The position numbers and the translations under genes are program-made. Shown here one piece after another: positions 42,701 to 56,199 of a stretch of DNA of 64,000 nt (its first letter is position 1; every line of letters starts with the position of its first letter). Below the pieces are notes generated by a model. It was not told the DNA's origin. It made no database searches and saw only the letters and a program-made list of their open reading frames with translations. This DNA comes from the human T2T-CHM13v2.0 reference genome, Homo sapiens: assembly GCF_009914755.1 (NCBI RefSeq), contig NC_060932.1. One strand, 5' to 3'.

Positions 42701-43599
42701 TTGTTCTAAATGAGAATCAAACACTCACTCTCTACTTTGCCTGTGAAAGAAAGACCTATGTGTTATATATCTTTTTATCTCTAAGGTCAAGCAAAGAGAC
42801 TGGCCCATAACGGGTGTTTGTGAGCAAATGATAAAACGAGTACACCAAGAGCATAAACAACTAAAACTGAGATTTTATTCTCCCTCTTAGCTCAAAAGGA
42901 TATGATTATGCCTTTGTTTCAGTGTAGACAAAAGGTGAGCCTCTCTGTTCATGTTCCTGTATTCTCTCCAGAGGTCAGGAGGTGTGTGATTACCATCTTT
43001 ACATGTTAGCATCTATCAACATGATTATTGAGATCTCAGCAGCATTAACCTGGGCAAGTTTCACCTATTTCCTTCCATATTTGTGATGAAATTGTACAAA
43101 GTGTGTAAACAACTATTTAATTATTGAGAACCTTCTGATTCCAATTTAATAAATTATAACAGGAATGATATCTGAAAATTTTTAATGGTCATAAGACAGT
43201 TTGTAAACTTAGAATCCAAATTTGTACAAATCCCAATCAATGTATAAAGCTGCAATTAAGAGTTAAAAGCCTACAGGAGCAAAGTTTTAGTTGAATAAAT
43301 TATCGGCTTTAAACTCTATCAAAAAATCCTCCTTCCTGTAACTAGAAGGAATTTAAGAACTTTTATCACAGGCTTGACTCAACACTGGTTATTATTCACA
43401 TAACCAGCACATAAACATAGTAACATAGCAGTGAAAATTAGCACAAGCCCATAGCTCAAATTTGAAGGGGGAAAAATATATGGCACAGCAATTTCTTAAA
43501 TACAATTTTAATTTAGTTCACTACACACCAAATATTGTTATCTTAATGCAGGACCTAATGTTATACTAGAAGTAATGAGATACATTGTTTTTAATTATG

Positions 43600-43800
43600 A
43601 TATTATGTTTATTGAGGAGCTTCCCTATGCCAGGATATTATCAAATTATCTCTAATCCTTAACAACACAGAAATATAAATATTGTTAACCTTATTTTACA
43701 AAAGCGGGAGCTTTAGCTCAGTGAAATGTTGTTTTCTTTTAGAATCACATAGTCAAAATCAGGATTTGCACTCCGGATTATTACAAAGTCTATGATCTTT
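43600..43800 (-). mobile_element. MIR
   Basis: tttattgaggagcttccctatgccagg...taatccttaacaac...ttattttacaaa. Confidence 0.55.
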
Positions 43801-43849
43801 TTTCTTTGCATAAGAAAACTCTTAACCTGAGGTGCAAGGTCCTTGGGCA

Positions 43850-44032
43850 AAGATTGTAGATCTGTATTGGGCAAAAGAATAGTAGCAGATACATGTATGA
43901 CTTCAGGGGTAAATCTCTTAAAATTGTATGCAGAATAATACTTATGTATGGATACTTTCTTTCTTGAGGGTTCATAATAATTTTAACTAGATCCCAAAGG
44001 GTTCTGGGACTCAAAATATTTTAAGAACCCTT
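43850..44032. mobile_element. hAT-Charlie-type DNA transposon fragment
   Basis: aaattgtatgcagaa...cccaaagggttctgggactcaaaatattttaagaacccttg resembles a Charlie MITE end. Confidence 0.45.
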
Positions 44033-44309
44033 GATTTTCACCTCACTACATCCTTGCTGTGGGACAGATAAGCAACTTTCTCTACCGTGGCAAACAGCGG
44101 AAAACAATTTGAGAGTCGTCACATACCTCAGGCTGTAATTGTAGCTAGGATCCAGGAAGTCATACTACAAAAGGTGAAAGCTGCACCACGAAAAGTGAGA
44201 GGATGGAATGAGTTTTTAATGGTGAGAGCAGAAGAGACCAGAGGGAACTAATGCCAAGAAGTATATGCAGGCAAAGATTAGAAATCTTTATAGCAGCAGG
44301 GGCAGTGAG

Positions 44310-46134
44310 TGCTATGTTTTAAATGTATGTGTCACTCCAAAATTCCTATGTTGGTGGGGCCTTGGAGAGGTGATTAATCATAAGGGTTCCACCCTAGCGA
44401 ATGAGCCGAATGCTCTTATAAAACAGCAGAAGGGAACTAGCTAGGCCTCTTGCCCTTCTGGTTCCTGCATGTGAGAACACAGCATTCACCTTTTTTGCTG
44501 TCTGGCAGAAGGCTTTACCACCAGGAAAAAAAGCACCACCTTGGAAGAAAAGAGCAGCCCTCACCAGACACCAACTCTACTAGCACCTCGATGGTGGACT
44601 TTCCAGCTTCCAGAACTGTAAGGAATAAATTTCTCTTCTTATAATTTACCCAGTCTCAGGTATTTTGTTATAGCAGCAGGAGCAAACTATGACAGAAATC
44701 AGTCAACACTGAACCTGGTTGTTGCTATAACAAATACCTAAAACTGTGGAAGCAGCTTTAAAACTGGGTAATGGGTAGAGGCTGGACTATAGAGGCTAAT
44801 CTGGTGTGAGCTCAGAAAAAGAGGAGAGCTATAGAGAAAGCTTCAATTTTCTTAGAGACTACTGAGATGCTCTTGATAAGAATGTTGATAGAAATATAGA
44901 TGGTCAAGGCAATTCTGATGAGATCCTAGACGAAAATGAGGAATAAGGTACTGGAAATGGGAGGAAAGACCATCCTTGTTATAAAGTGGCAAAGAACTTG
45001 ACTCAATCATGTCCATGTTTTATTGTTTCATGTAAATCAGAAATTAATGATGATAAACTAGGATATTTAGCAGAAAAAAAATCTCTAAGCAAAGTGTTGA
45101 AGGTGTGACGACATGACTTCTCCTGACTGCCAGTAGTAAAATACAAAAAGAGAAAAGCAAAATAAGGATAGAATGTATAATCAAAAGACAAGCAGAAGTT
45201 AGAAATTTGAAAAATTATCAGCTTGGCCATGTTTTTAAAAAAGAAAGAAAAGGCATGTTTAGGAGAGAACAGTGAGGGAGTAGCCAAGAGTATATTTGAT
45301 AAGGAGATTATTCTGGATAGAAGGAAGCCAGATAATATTTACCAAGACAACAGAAGAATGACTCTAAGGCATTTTGGAGATATTTGAGGCTGCCACTTCT
45401 TCCATCATAGGCCCAGACTGCCAGGGACTTGAGGGCAAAACTGTTTCAAGGGAGGGGCCCAGGGCATCTGTGGGATCTCAAGGACAGATGCCCAGTTTTA
45501 CCTCAAGCCTCTGCTCCCTGCATTCTGGTGCAGAGCCCCTTGGCCACCCACCAGCTTTGGTTTAAGCGGGCCCTGTGCAACTTGGGCCACCCCTCCAGAA
45601 GGCACAAGTAATAAACCTTGGTGACATCCTTGAGGTGCTGACTCTGCAGAGCACAAGAGCTGTGCAGGCATGGCTACCTCCACTACAATTTCAAAGGATG
45701 CCTCAGAGAGGCTTAGGCCCTGGGTGGAATGCTACGGTTAGAATGTATGAATCCCTCCAATATTTATATGTTAAAATTTAAACCCCAGGTGATGGTATTG
45801 AAAGGTGGGGCCTTTGGGAGGCAATTAGGTCATGGGGATTCCACTCTCTAAAATGAGATTCATGCCTTTATAAAATGCTGAAAGAAACAAGTCATGTTTT
45901 TTTGCCCTTCCACTTTCTGCCACATGAGGACAGGGTATTCACCCCTCTGCCATGTGAAGACACATCAACAAAGTGCCACCTTGGAAGCCATGGGTAGCCT
46001 TCACTGGATACCAAACATGCTAATGCCTTGATTTTGGACTTCCAAGCCTCTGTAACTGAAAGAATTAAATGTTTGTTCTTATAAACTACCCAGTCTCAGG
46101 TATTTTGTTATGGCAGCCAAAGCAGACAAAGACA
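44310..46134 (+). mobile_element. MSTD/MLT1A-type MaLR: LTR 44310-44694, shortened internal region, LTR 45730-46134
   Basis: Both LTRs start tgcta and end tacccagtctcaggtattttgttat...gaca; internal aactgggtaatgggtagagg. Confidence 0.88.
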
Positions 46135-46223
46135 ATGAAAGAATCAGAAAAGAAAAACCTTAGAACAGAAGCAAAAACATGCAGTAGCATAGTGTTGCAA
46201 AAAGCACAAAAGCAAAGCATATA

Positions 46224-46374
46224 CAGATGGTCCCAGACTTATGATGGTTCAACTCAAAGGTTTTCAACTTTAGGATGGGGTTATCAAGGCATTAAATGCA
46301 TTTTTTATTTCTGATATTTTCAATTTACAATGGGTTTTCTGGAGGTAACTCCATTGTAAGTCAAGGAGCATCTG
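46224..46374. mobile_element. Tigger-derived MITE (MER47-like)
   Basis: TIRs cagatggtcccagacttatgatgg / ccattgtaagtcaaggagcatctg, flanked by TA on both sides. Confidence 0.85.
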
Positions 46375-49289
46375 TAATTAAAAAAAAAGAAAAAAAAAAG
46401 GGTACTGGAAAATCATGAGTACTGTTTGTGAGAATTTCCAGTAAGGCTAGCAAAACCCTAATAGAAATGCTAGGGGATTTCAACTCATTCACAATTTTAT
46501 AAGTAGTACGATGTTAATGGGTATAGACCTGCGATACCAATTTGGCATTTTCCAATTAAGATTGGAGGAAAATAAAGATGCACCATCAAAGTAAAACTGG
46601 CATTTCTATGGTTTGTGTGCACCCCACAATCATGCATATGCATTCTTATTCATTAAATTTATTGACCTTAGTAACTAGGGTCAGTAGAAACATCAGGGCA
46701 ATAAGGTATTAATAAACATATTAAAGTGATTCATACTTAAGAAAGTACTCTTAAAAATATTACCTCATTGGATTCTCACAGCAAACCCTGAACATCAGCC
46801 CCCATCTTATTGTTCTTTGACTCCAGTAAACATCATTATCTTCCAAATCCTGTGTTCCACTAATAAACTTACTTTCCTTCAAGTATAGGTATTCTGCACC
46901 AGTTTTCAGATCAATCCTAATTTGAAACAGAAATTTATTTTATTGCTTTAGCTTATTTATCCAGTTGCCTTGCCATTAAGTCAACGACAAAATGTCTGGG
47001 GAACATTCGAGACTTCTATAGTATTTCCTAGGCACCTATCCTAAGGTGCATCATTAGAATAAGATAGTCTTGTGTGCAAGTCCACTGCAAATACACTAGA
47101 CTGTATACCCCAAGAGGCTTCTTCATGGATCTCAAGGTCAGAAAGATTTATTGCAACATTATGTCTAGGCCCTGAATGACACCACTTTGCTCTTGTGAGC
47201 CCCCATTTCAGTTATGGGAACCCGCCTCTGCCATAATCCAATGTTTAGAATCTTCCTTCATCATCTGTGGCTGTTTCAGCTGTTAACTGCCTACCTTTCC
47301 AGCCTCTTTGTTGTATTTCTATTGAAACCTACATGACAACACCATTACTGTTTATTTGATAGACCAAGTTCAGTAACTGTGTTAACCTGGAGGCATCACA
47401 GTTTTGCCCACCAGCCTGGACCTCCAGTGGCCTCTAGTATCCGGATCCATTTCTTCAATACTTGGGCTGCCTTGGAGCTAAAAATTGATAGGGAAGATGA
47501 GAAGGTGAATCAGGATGCTTTGATGAAGTGGTGTGGAGATGAAGTAGAAGGGAGGAGAGGCTTAAAGTAAACATCTTAAAATTGCTTATATCATTGATAT
47601 AATTTGTTTGTTGAATTTCTTTTTAATGAGTCATAAAAGGAAATCTGGTCATTGCCAGTTTCTAAGATAATAAAAACTTGGAGTGTAGAACAAAAGTCAT
47701 TATTTTTATGTAGGTATTGTTTTTTGGACAGTCAAGCGTCTTGTTCATAATATATTTAAAAGTAACAAAAAAGTTGTATTCTTTAAAAAAGAAAAAAAAA
47801 TGTAGGCACTGTTTTTCCCTTTACCTAGTGGATATTCCCATGGCTGCCTTCTCAAGGAAGACATTTCTCTTTGTGCCAGAGCCCAGAGGTCAGCCATTTC
47901 CAGACCAAGTCGAGAAAATAAAAAAGAGCTGCTACTTCCTGATAAGATCCCCTAGAATTTGTAACTCTACTAGTTAAGGATTTATTGAATAGTTAATAAA
48001 AGTTGTTACAAACTAGAGCTTCAACAAAGGCTATAACCAAAAGTGAGTTACTACTGTCTACCTCATTAGTTAGGTTTAGTCATTTTTAACACTTGTGCCA
48101 AATCCTTGCACGTATTATTCAGCTATTAAGAACTCAAGTGGTCTTTAAATTCATTTCTAAAATTGTTCACTGACCTAGTAGCTTTTTCCAATCTGGACTG
48201 AGAAATTTCTATTCAGTGGTTTTGTTTTGCTGGAGTCAGAGGCTAAAGCTATATTAGGATTTACTGTTGGCTTTTTCACTTTTAACTTAGAAAGAAAAGC
48301 ATTATTTTTTTGTTAATCATCAAGAACACCAGTTAAGTCTGCAAAACTATATTTTTGGAGGCAGTTCTTTGAGTTGTACTTACAATTGAATTTATTTCCA
48401 TTTACTTTTCTTACCTGAGGTGAAATAAAATTGTTATTCCCATGTGGAATATATCAAGTTTTTAATAATTCCCATGAAAAGGAACTTTCTAAGATTATCT
48501 TTTTATCAATAGTTAAATTATGTTATGTTTTTAATTGGACTGCAAGTCACAGCCTCTGGCTTCCCAGAATTGTAATGGTGTTGAATTAATTTAAAGGGAC
48601 TCAGAGGAACCAGATATGGAAGGCTGTCACCATTATAATTTAGTTTTATGATTAGATCATGGAAAACATTGTAGAATCCTGAAGAGAGTTTTAACCCTTT
48701 TATTTTGAAAGAGATTTTGTTCAGTTTGTCTCTCTCAAAAGATATGCATCTTTGGAGAGATTCCTAATCCTATAGAAAAGTTGATAAAATAAATGTCACA
48801 AGGAAAATAGCAGAGATTACCACATTAAAGGCATACACAATTTATGATCTCCAAATTAAAATAACCACAAACGTGAGTGTGTGTGCACACACATGCATAC
48901 ATCATATTCCATTATATGAGTTGTAACACAATGAAATTTGGGAACTTTTCTATATGCTTTGAATAATAAGTAACAAAAATGTTTTGTGTTACAATAAATA
49001 TTCTGATTATTTTACATACTTTAAACAATACATTTATAGTAAATAATTCTGGTATTTTTATTTTAGGACTCTTGAATATTCTCTTTTCCAAGAATTTTCC
49101 AGAAGTAAATATATATATATATTTATGTATATATATGTATATATTTGTGTGCGTTTGACTGCTGAGAAGGCAAAAACTGTATTGACAATAAAGAGATTCT
49201 TTTCAGTTCTCAGAAAAATTAAGTACATTGGGCCTATTAAAGTACTATGCAGGCACACACAAATAGAAATGACTGTGTTTAAAAATATT

Positions 49290-49390
49290 TGTGAAAAACG
49301 AGATAATGGGTATATGGAATCTCTCCATATTATTTTTACAACTGCCTGGGAATCTGCAGTTATCTCAAAACAAAAAAGTTTTAAAAATTG
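49290..49390 (+). mobile_element. old L1M 3'-terminal fragment
   Basis: gggtatatggaatctctc...caactgcctgggaatctgcagttatctcaaaacaaaaaagtttt. Confidence 0.55.
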
Positions 49391-49694
49391 TGTCATGCAA
49401 TGGCAATATCTTTTTTTGCTATCTGTTTGTCCCTCAATGCATTGATATATACTGAAATATTTAAAATGCATACACTTAACAATAAAAGAGAAACAGCCCT
49501 AATTTTGTGATTATGTTGACATTTTTAGGGTAATTGATTCAAAGCAACTTCGTATTAATTTTTAATTATAGTGGGCGGAAGGAGTTCTATGTGAAGATAG
49601 AAGGCTATTTTACTACATTTGTTAAATTAATTCATGATGTTAGTTTTTTTTTGTGTGTGTGTGTGTTTTTTCTTTGTAAACTGTAAGAAAATGG

Positions 49695-50200
49695 ACAGGA
49701 AAAAAAGGCCTTTCTTTAAATACATCAGTCACAAGAGCCGGGTAAAGGAGAATGCAGCTCTTTTATTTGATGGGATGAGAAAGCTAATAATGTATGACAG
49801 TAAAAAGGCAGAGGCTTTTAACGCTTTTTTTAACCTTACAAAAAAGGTCAACTCTGATCTGGAAATGAGAACAGCCAACACATGGGAACGAAGGGCAAAA
49901 AGCCAAGCGGAAAGCGAGAAGGAGCTGGTGACGAACACACTCAGCAGGGCAGGTTCCAGTCCCCAGTACCCACACCCCAAGATTCTAAAAGCACAGGCCA
50001 GCCAGCTCTCCATTAATTTTGTGTGTTTTTTTCCACATTAGGAGGGGAGGGACAATTTGGAGACTGGCAAAGTTATCCAGACCAGAAAAAAAGAATGCTT
50101 TATCTTGATTTAAACAGAGACGAAGAAAGAAAATTCTGCAACCAGCTTGCTAGTTTCATTTTTGCTGAAGAAAAAGCTAGTTTAACAATTGAGCTTCTAA
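49695..50200 (+). mobile_element. ancient CR1-clade LINE ORF2 fragment
   Basis: KKRPFFKYISHKSRVKENAALLFDG...DSKKAEAFNAFF; HPKILKAQASQLS; GEGQFGDWQ, all CR1 ORF2 pre-RT/RT motifs. Confidence 0.8.
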
Positions 50201-50224
50201 CTCAATGGTTAATGTACTTAATAT

Positions 50225-50410
50225 AGGAAAGCGAATGACTACATTTATTGAATGCCTATTCTGCACCCAGCACTGAGTTACAGCCCTCATTTTACAGATG
50301 TGAAATTTAAGAGGAAAAGAAACGTGCTTAAGATAAACCAGTCAATATGTGCTGAATTGGATTTGAATCCAGACTTGATTCCAAAACCCTCATTTTTTCC
50401 ACCACAGAAA
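50225..50410 (-). mobile_element. MIR
   Basis: catttattgaatgcctattctg...cctcattttacagatgtgaaa...ggatttgaatccagac. Confidence 0.65.
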
Positions 50411-50624
50411 CCAGTCCTGATGACTCTTACTTTTATTAGGGCCTTTATCCAATTAAAATGATGCCAAATTCATTTAAAATTTAAAAAGCAGGTTTATATT
50501 TTCTGTATTCCAAAGCTAATAGCTTGCTTAAAAATATATTATTTTATGTGGTTAGATTAGAGGCCCCAAGGAGGCATCTAAACAAATCACCATGCTGTGT
50601 TGAATAAAATATGTGTTAGAGGCT

Positions 50625-50850
50625 GCTGGTTGTCATTCAGAATAGGGGTAGGATTCTTGTATCCCACATTTACTAGCCAGTGACTGTGGACAACTTACAT
50701 AATCTCTCTGAGTTTCAGCTTCATTGTACAACAAATTGAGATAATACTTGTTCTAACTTGATAGTGACAGCTAAGAAGATTAAATAAGAAAATTAATATA
50801 TGTAAAGTTCTTAGCATACTAACAAGTGTGTTTAATAAAAAATATGATTA
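50625..50850 (+). mobile_element. MIR
   Basis: tttactagccagtgactgtggacaacttacataatctctctgagtttcag...atatgtaaagttcttagca. Confidence 0.65.
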
Positions 50851-51199
50851 TGATTTTTAATATTAGTTGATATAATGCTGAACAAATGCGTATCTTCATT
50901 AACTAGTTGATTGATAAAAAATTGTATGCAGCCTCATGTGCAGCTTTGTAAATGTTACTATGATAAGTACTTGAGTGTTTTTTTTAACTAAATACATTAT
51001 TTAACTACACCTATCTGACCCTATATTATATATTTGGATTTTAAGTTGACAGAAACAATTCAATAGCTTTCAATGTACGTGACTTTCCAACTATTACACT
51101 GTTATTGGCTCCTGGAGACATATTTCTTATTGCAAATAATACTTCTTTTATATAAGCCCACCACCTCATTCTAGTCCCTTCCTTCCCCCTGTCCAACTC

Positions 51200-52520
51200 A
51201 TGTTTGCTGCTCTGTCTTTGAGAATATCAACAAGAGCCAGAGAACTAGAAACTATCCCTAGATGTTTCCTTTTTCTTCCCACCCCTATTTAATAATTTCA
51301 CATGTACATCCATGGTCTTAGTTTAGGGCTTTAGGCCTTTGTCACTGTTCATGTAGACAACCATTCTCCATGCCAAACCCACCCAGTCCATCCTTCCCAG
51401 GATTTCGGGAGAGCTAATTCTGAAAGGGAAAGTGGATCATGACACAGCCCTGCTTAAGTCCTCTCGTTGCTCTATTGTTTTGAAGATAAAACCCAAATAC
51501 CATTGCATAATACAAAAGACCCTTCATTACAGGTTCTGGTTATGCCTCTGGACCTCATGTTCTGCCACAGAATGATTTATGGCTTTTTACACCCTCATTG
51601 CTGTTTCTTGCTCTACTCTATCAGCCAGGTTACCTGCTTCAGTTGTTCAACTACAAGTAACTCTTTAAAATCCAAGCTCATATATTGCCTCCTCCAGCAA
51701 AGCATTCTCAGTTTCCCATATCTGTGTTAGGTGCATATCCTGTATCCCTCCATTTCTTCCTCCCCTTGCATCTACTCTTGTGTCCTTTTATACTTTTATA
51801 TGTGGCAGCAATTTAAAGTTATATCTTGCTGGGCATGGTGGCTCATGCCTGTGATCCCAGCATTTTGAGAGGCCAAGGCAGGAGGATTGCTTAAGCCCAG
51901 GAGCTCAAGACCAGCCTGGGTAACATGGTGAGACCCCATCTCTACAAAACATAATTTAAAAATTAGCCAAGCCTGGTGGTGCATGCCTGTGGTCCCAGCT
52001 ACTCTGGAGGCTGAGGTGGGCGGATCCCTTGAGTTCAGGAGGTCAAGGCTGTAGTGAGCTGTGATCACACCACTGAACTCCAGACTGGACAAGAGTAAGA
52101 CCCTGTCTCAAAAAAATAAAAATAAAGTTATATTAGAATATACTAATGTCCCACTTCAAATCCTCCAGTGATTTTCTATTCCAAATAAAAACATGCCAGA
52201 ATCCTTACACGGCCTCTAATGCTCCGTATGGACTGGCCCCTGTGTAGTTCTCTGACCCTCTCACATACCCAGGATCACTGTGCTTCAACCCGCTATCCAG
52301 AAGCACATCTGATAAATGCTCCTAGCTCAATTCTACAGCAGGCTTTACATTTGCCGTCATCACTTGCTTAGCAATTTCCACTTGAATATTTGCATGGTTG
52401 ACTTCTTTTCATCCTTCACATCACTCTTTCAGAAAGCCTCTCTTTCAAAAGTCACTCTTTCAGAAAGCCTCTCTGACTAGCCTTCCAGTGTTGCTTGCCA
52501 TTGCCACTCACTCTGTTTCT
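51200..52520 (+). mobile_element. L2 fragments flanking an AluJ
   Basis: ggatcatgacacagccctgcttaagtcc; ttcaaatcctccagtgattttc...ctttcagaaagcctctctgact. Confidence 0.55.
51827..52122 (+). mobile_element. AluJ element
   Basis: J-type ggattgcttaagcccaggag and gaggtcaaggctgtagtgagc; TSD taaagttatat at 51814 and 52123. Confidence 0.93.
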
Positions 52521-52521
52521 C

Positions 52522-52931
52522 TTTTATATATTTTATATATATAATATATATATAATATATCTAATATAAATATATAAATATATATTATATTTATATTATA
52601 TATTTATCTATATTATATATAATATATATTTATATATTTATATATAAATTTATTATATTATATAAATTATATTATATTTATATATTTATATATAAATATA
52701 TATTATATATTATATATTATATTTATAAATATATATTTATATTTATATTTATATATAAATATATAAATATATAAATATATTATATTTATATATAAATATA
52801 TAAATATATTATATTTATATATAAATATATAAATATATTATATTTATATATAAATATATAAATATAATATAATTATATAATATAATAATATTATATTAAT
52901 AATATAAATATATATATAAACATATATATAT
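52522..52931. repeat. AT-rich low-complexity/minisatellite tract
   Basis: About 410 bp with 3 C and no G; a 29-bp unit repeated about three times at 52781-52866. Confidence 0.95.
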
Positions 52932-53145
52932 GTTTTTATTATACTTTAAGTTCCAGGGTACTTGTGCACAACGTGCAGGTTTGTTACATATGTATACATG
53001 TGCATGTTGGTGTGCTGCACCCATTAACTTGTCATTTACATTAGGTATATCTCCTAATGCTATCCCTCCTCCCTCCCCCCACCCCACAACAGGCCCCGGT
53101 GTGTGATGTTCCCCTTCCTGTTTCCAAGTGTTCTCATTGTTCAAT
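52932..53145 (-). mobile_element. short 5'-truncated L1PA (about L1PA4-6) 3' UTR
   Basis: ttattatactttaagtt...gtgcacaacgtgcaggtttgttaca...ctcctaatgctatccctcc. Confidence 0.92.
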
Positions 53146-53364
53146 AATTTCTTATTGAAATCAATTGTTATTCCTAAGGATGTCAAATCTATTTACTATT
53201 TATTGATACAACACTTCTACTGTAACTATTGAAGAATTGCAAATGATGAAAACTTGAGCTGTATATAAAAATTTAGGCAATGAGATCAAACAATTTGCCA
53301 TATCAAGATAATTGAATTTTAAGATCAAAGACTAAATTCAAAGATGTAGATATGTGAGAAAAAA

Positions 53365-53770
53365 TGCTAGGTGTTCCCTCAAATCCGCTCTTTCCTTCCT
53401 AGTATATAAACAATTGTAGCTATATATTTCACAACCCCTCTTGCAGTGAGGCATCATCCTATCACTTATTTCCAGCCAATGGAAAGTAAGCAGAGGGCCA
53501 GATCCTAGCTCTGGGCTACAGCCTATAAAAAGTCAGTGTGTCTTCCTATTCTCTCTCCAGCCTCTAGCGGGAAGCAGATGATGATAATAAGAACCTAGGC
53601 AACCAGAGGCACAGAGGAAGGAAGCTGACCCCCAATTCACCACGCAGAGGAGAGCGCCTCAGTGGCCACTGCCATTTGAGGGATGGTGCATTAGCTCATT
53701 GTATTTGAGCCATTTTCCATTTTACACCCATTTATTCCGCACTTTGTCCCACTTACCCTAAATAATACCA
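53365..53770. mobile_element. old ERVL-type LTR fragment (LTR16/33-like)
   Basis: atttcacaacccctcttgcagtgaggc...ccagccaatggaaagtaagcagag. Confidence 0.45.
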
Positions 53771-56199
53771 TATTCAGTATGCTAAGTTTCATCAGGTTTA
53801 CCAATATTTCTTGAAGAATTCTAAATATTCAAATTTTAGCTAGGCTTACGCAATGCGTGTTTATTCTTCTTCTCTATCTATGTTCATTACAGAAACCCAA
53901 TTCATAAGCTTTAATAAATATTTCCTTAATCTAAAGAAGGCTCACATCAGATGAAGGGAAAAAAGCTATTATAAATAGTGGTAGAAGACCATTAGCCAAA
54001 ATCAAGAAGGAAAAAAACATAAAGTTAGACTTTTTGTATGTATTCATTTGTAGGTAAAGAATGTCTTCTCTGCCTAATGAATGACCACATTAAATATCTA
54101 TGGCAAACAATAAGAAGAATTAATTCATAAATTGTTTGAGTTTTCATTTCCAAAGTTATGTTATGCTTTTAATACAAGACTAATTTAATAAAAACATTTA
54201 TGATTTCACGTCTTTGTTTTTCATAAGCCTTAGGTTTTACCTGAATTACCAAATTTAGTCTCATCTCCTGAGGCCTCTTAATTTAATAAATTTTCCAGAG
54301 TAAATGTGTATAAAAAAGAAAAATTAAATAAATCTGCTAAAATCTCTTTTTAAAATTTAAAGTAAACCAAATCTGGTATTTCCAGATAATGTTTGTGCAT
54401 AATTTTAATGCTTCTTTGATCTAGTTATATCAAAATCCCTGCAATAAGCAATACAAATCCACAAATATTATCTCTGACATGTAATATTAACTGTCTACTA
54501 TAAAAATAATTGATGCTTCAATTTTTAGTTATTTCCTTGGTTTAGGATGTGTGGGACAAAGGAAGTTTAGAGAAAAGAGTTTCAAGATGGGCTAAACCCA
54601 GTTTTCCACAGGACATAATGGGCTTTGACTCAAATGAGCACTCTACCTCTAATCCCCTTCCCTATAACAACTTCATACCTCAAAATAATCACCCTCAATT
54701 CATTTCCAATCATTCCACCAAAAATATTATCCCCAAAATTCATCCTTAATAAAATATTGGAAGAAAGAAAAGTATTGGGAATTAAAATAGGAATTTACCC
54801 TTTCCCTTATTAAATTCTGGTGTATCTTGAAATTTTTTTAGCTTCCTATGTCATGTGAGGAAGTCTCAGATCCAACATTGCTTTGTCTCCTATTACTGCA
54901 AACTAAGTGTAATTTTAAATGCTATACTCAGTATAAAAATTGCCTACAATAACAGAATTGTTTAAAGTACAATGTTTATTATAATTGCCTTTAATATTTT
55001 AGCTTTATATCTGAATGTCCGTGTTGCTCTGGGAAATTACAGCACTTTAATATTATAATACATATTGATTATTAACCAATGCTAAGTATTTTAATTGACG
55101 CTATTTCAAATTATAACTGCTACCCAAATCTCTTCATGAAATTTAGATTGTTTCAAATCTAAAATTGGTCATTATTATATTCTCTAACTATTCAGGATTG
55201 TTGTCAAACACCTGCAATTTTTTTATATGTAAATAAGTCACTGAATGAGTATTATATGGACAATTACAGAAATAACAAAAATTACTTGAAGAAAACTTCA
55301 AAGGAGGTTTCCTTGCCTTAGGGAATCAAAACTATCTAATTATACATATTATCTAATTTTATATATAGATATATATGTAATTCTATATTATAGAGCTAAC
55401 TCATTCAGTTTTATATATAACATATATGTATATATTTAGCATAAATATAAATGAGTTAGATATAATACACACACACACATAAATGAGTTAGAATAACTAA
55501 CATAACAAGTTTGAATGAACACCTAGCACCTATTGGCATGAGTGATACTTTTACGAAAAGACATAGTAATGATGCTCAGAAGATTTTATTTACTTCATAT
55601 TAATATAATACACATTTTTCTGTCTACTTGAAAAAAGGAGATTTTTAAACAAAGTTTCATGATTGACTGTCAGAAGGACACACCTAGTTCTGTTCCTGCT
55701 CATCTTTAATGCTCTCTTGAGCTTCAGGTGTAATTTACCAATCCATAAATATGTGTATTTACCAGTCTCCAAATCTTTGCACTTCCATTATCTCATTTTC
55801 TCACTCTGCATTCAGGCAGGAGTGCATTACTGAAAAAGTCCAGAACTATGATGATTAGAACTTTCCTAATAAGTTCATAACACCTAATGTTAGCCAACCA
55901 GTTGATGTATTTTAGCAGATTCCTATTGCAGAGAACATTTTATACTATGTTTGTTTCAGGCCTTCGTCATTTTCCTGAGCTTCCTAACTCTTTCGAAACT
56001 TTTCATTCTCAAAAATGAGAGCATGAGCTTCCTAAACACCTCAAATTAGTCCTTCCCCCTCTTTCTCCATCTCCTCTTTCATATGGGTTCAGAGAGAGAG
56101 GCCACGCTTTCATCACACCCAGCCTTTTTATTCATGCAGGCGCTCATCTGTTTGCTTCCAACTGAACTATGAGCCAATCCCTCAAGTGGAGTTAGCAAT

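Noticed and set aside
49058-49471. Longest ORF in the track (137 aa, minus strand)
   Set aside because: It crosses a (TA)n tract and an L1M fragment, with low-complexity composition and no recognisable domain.
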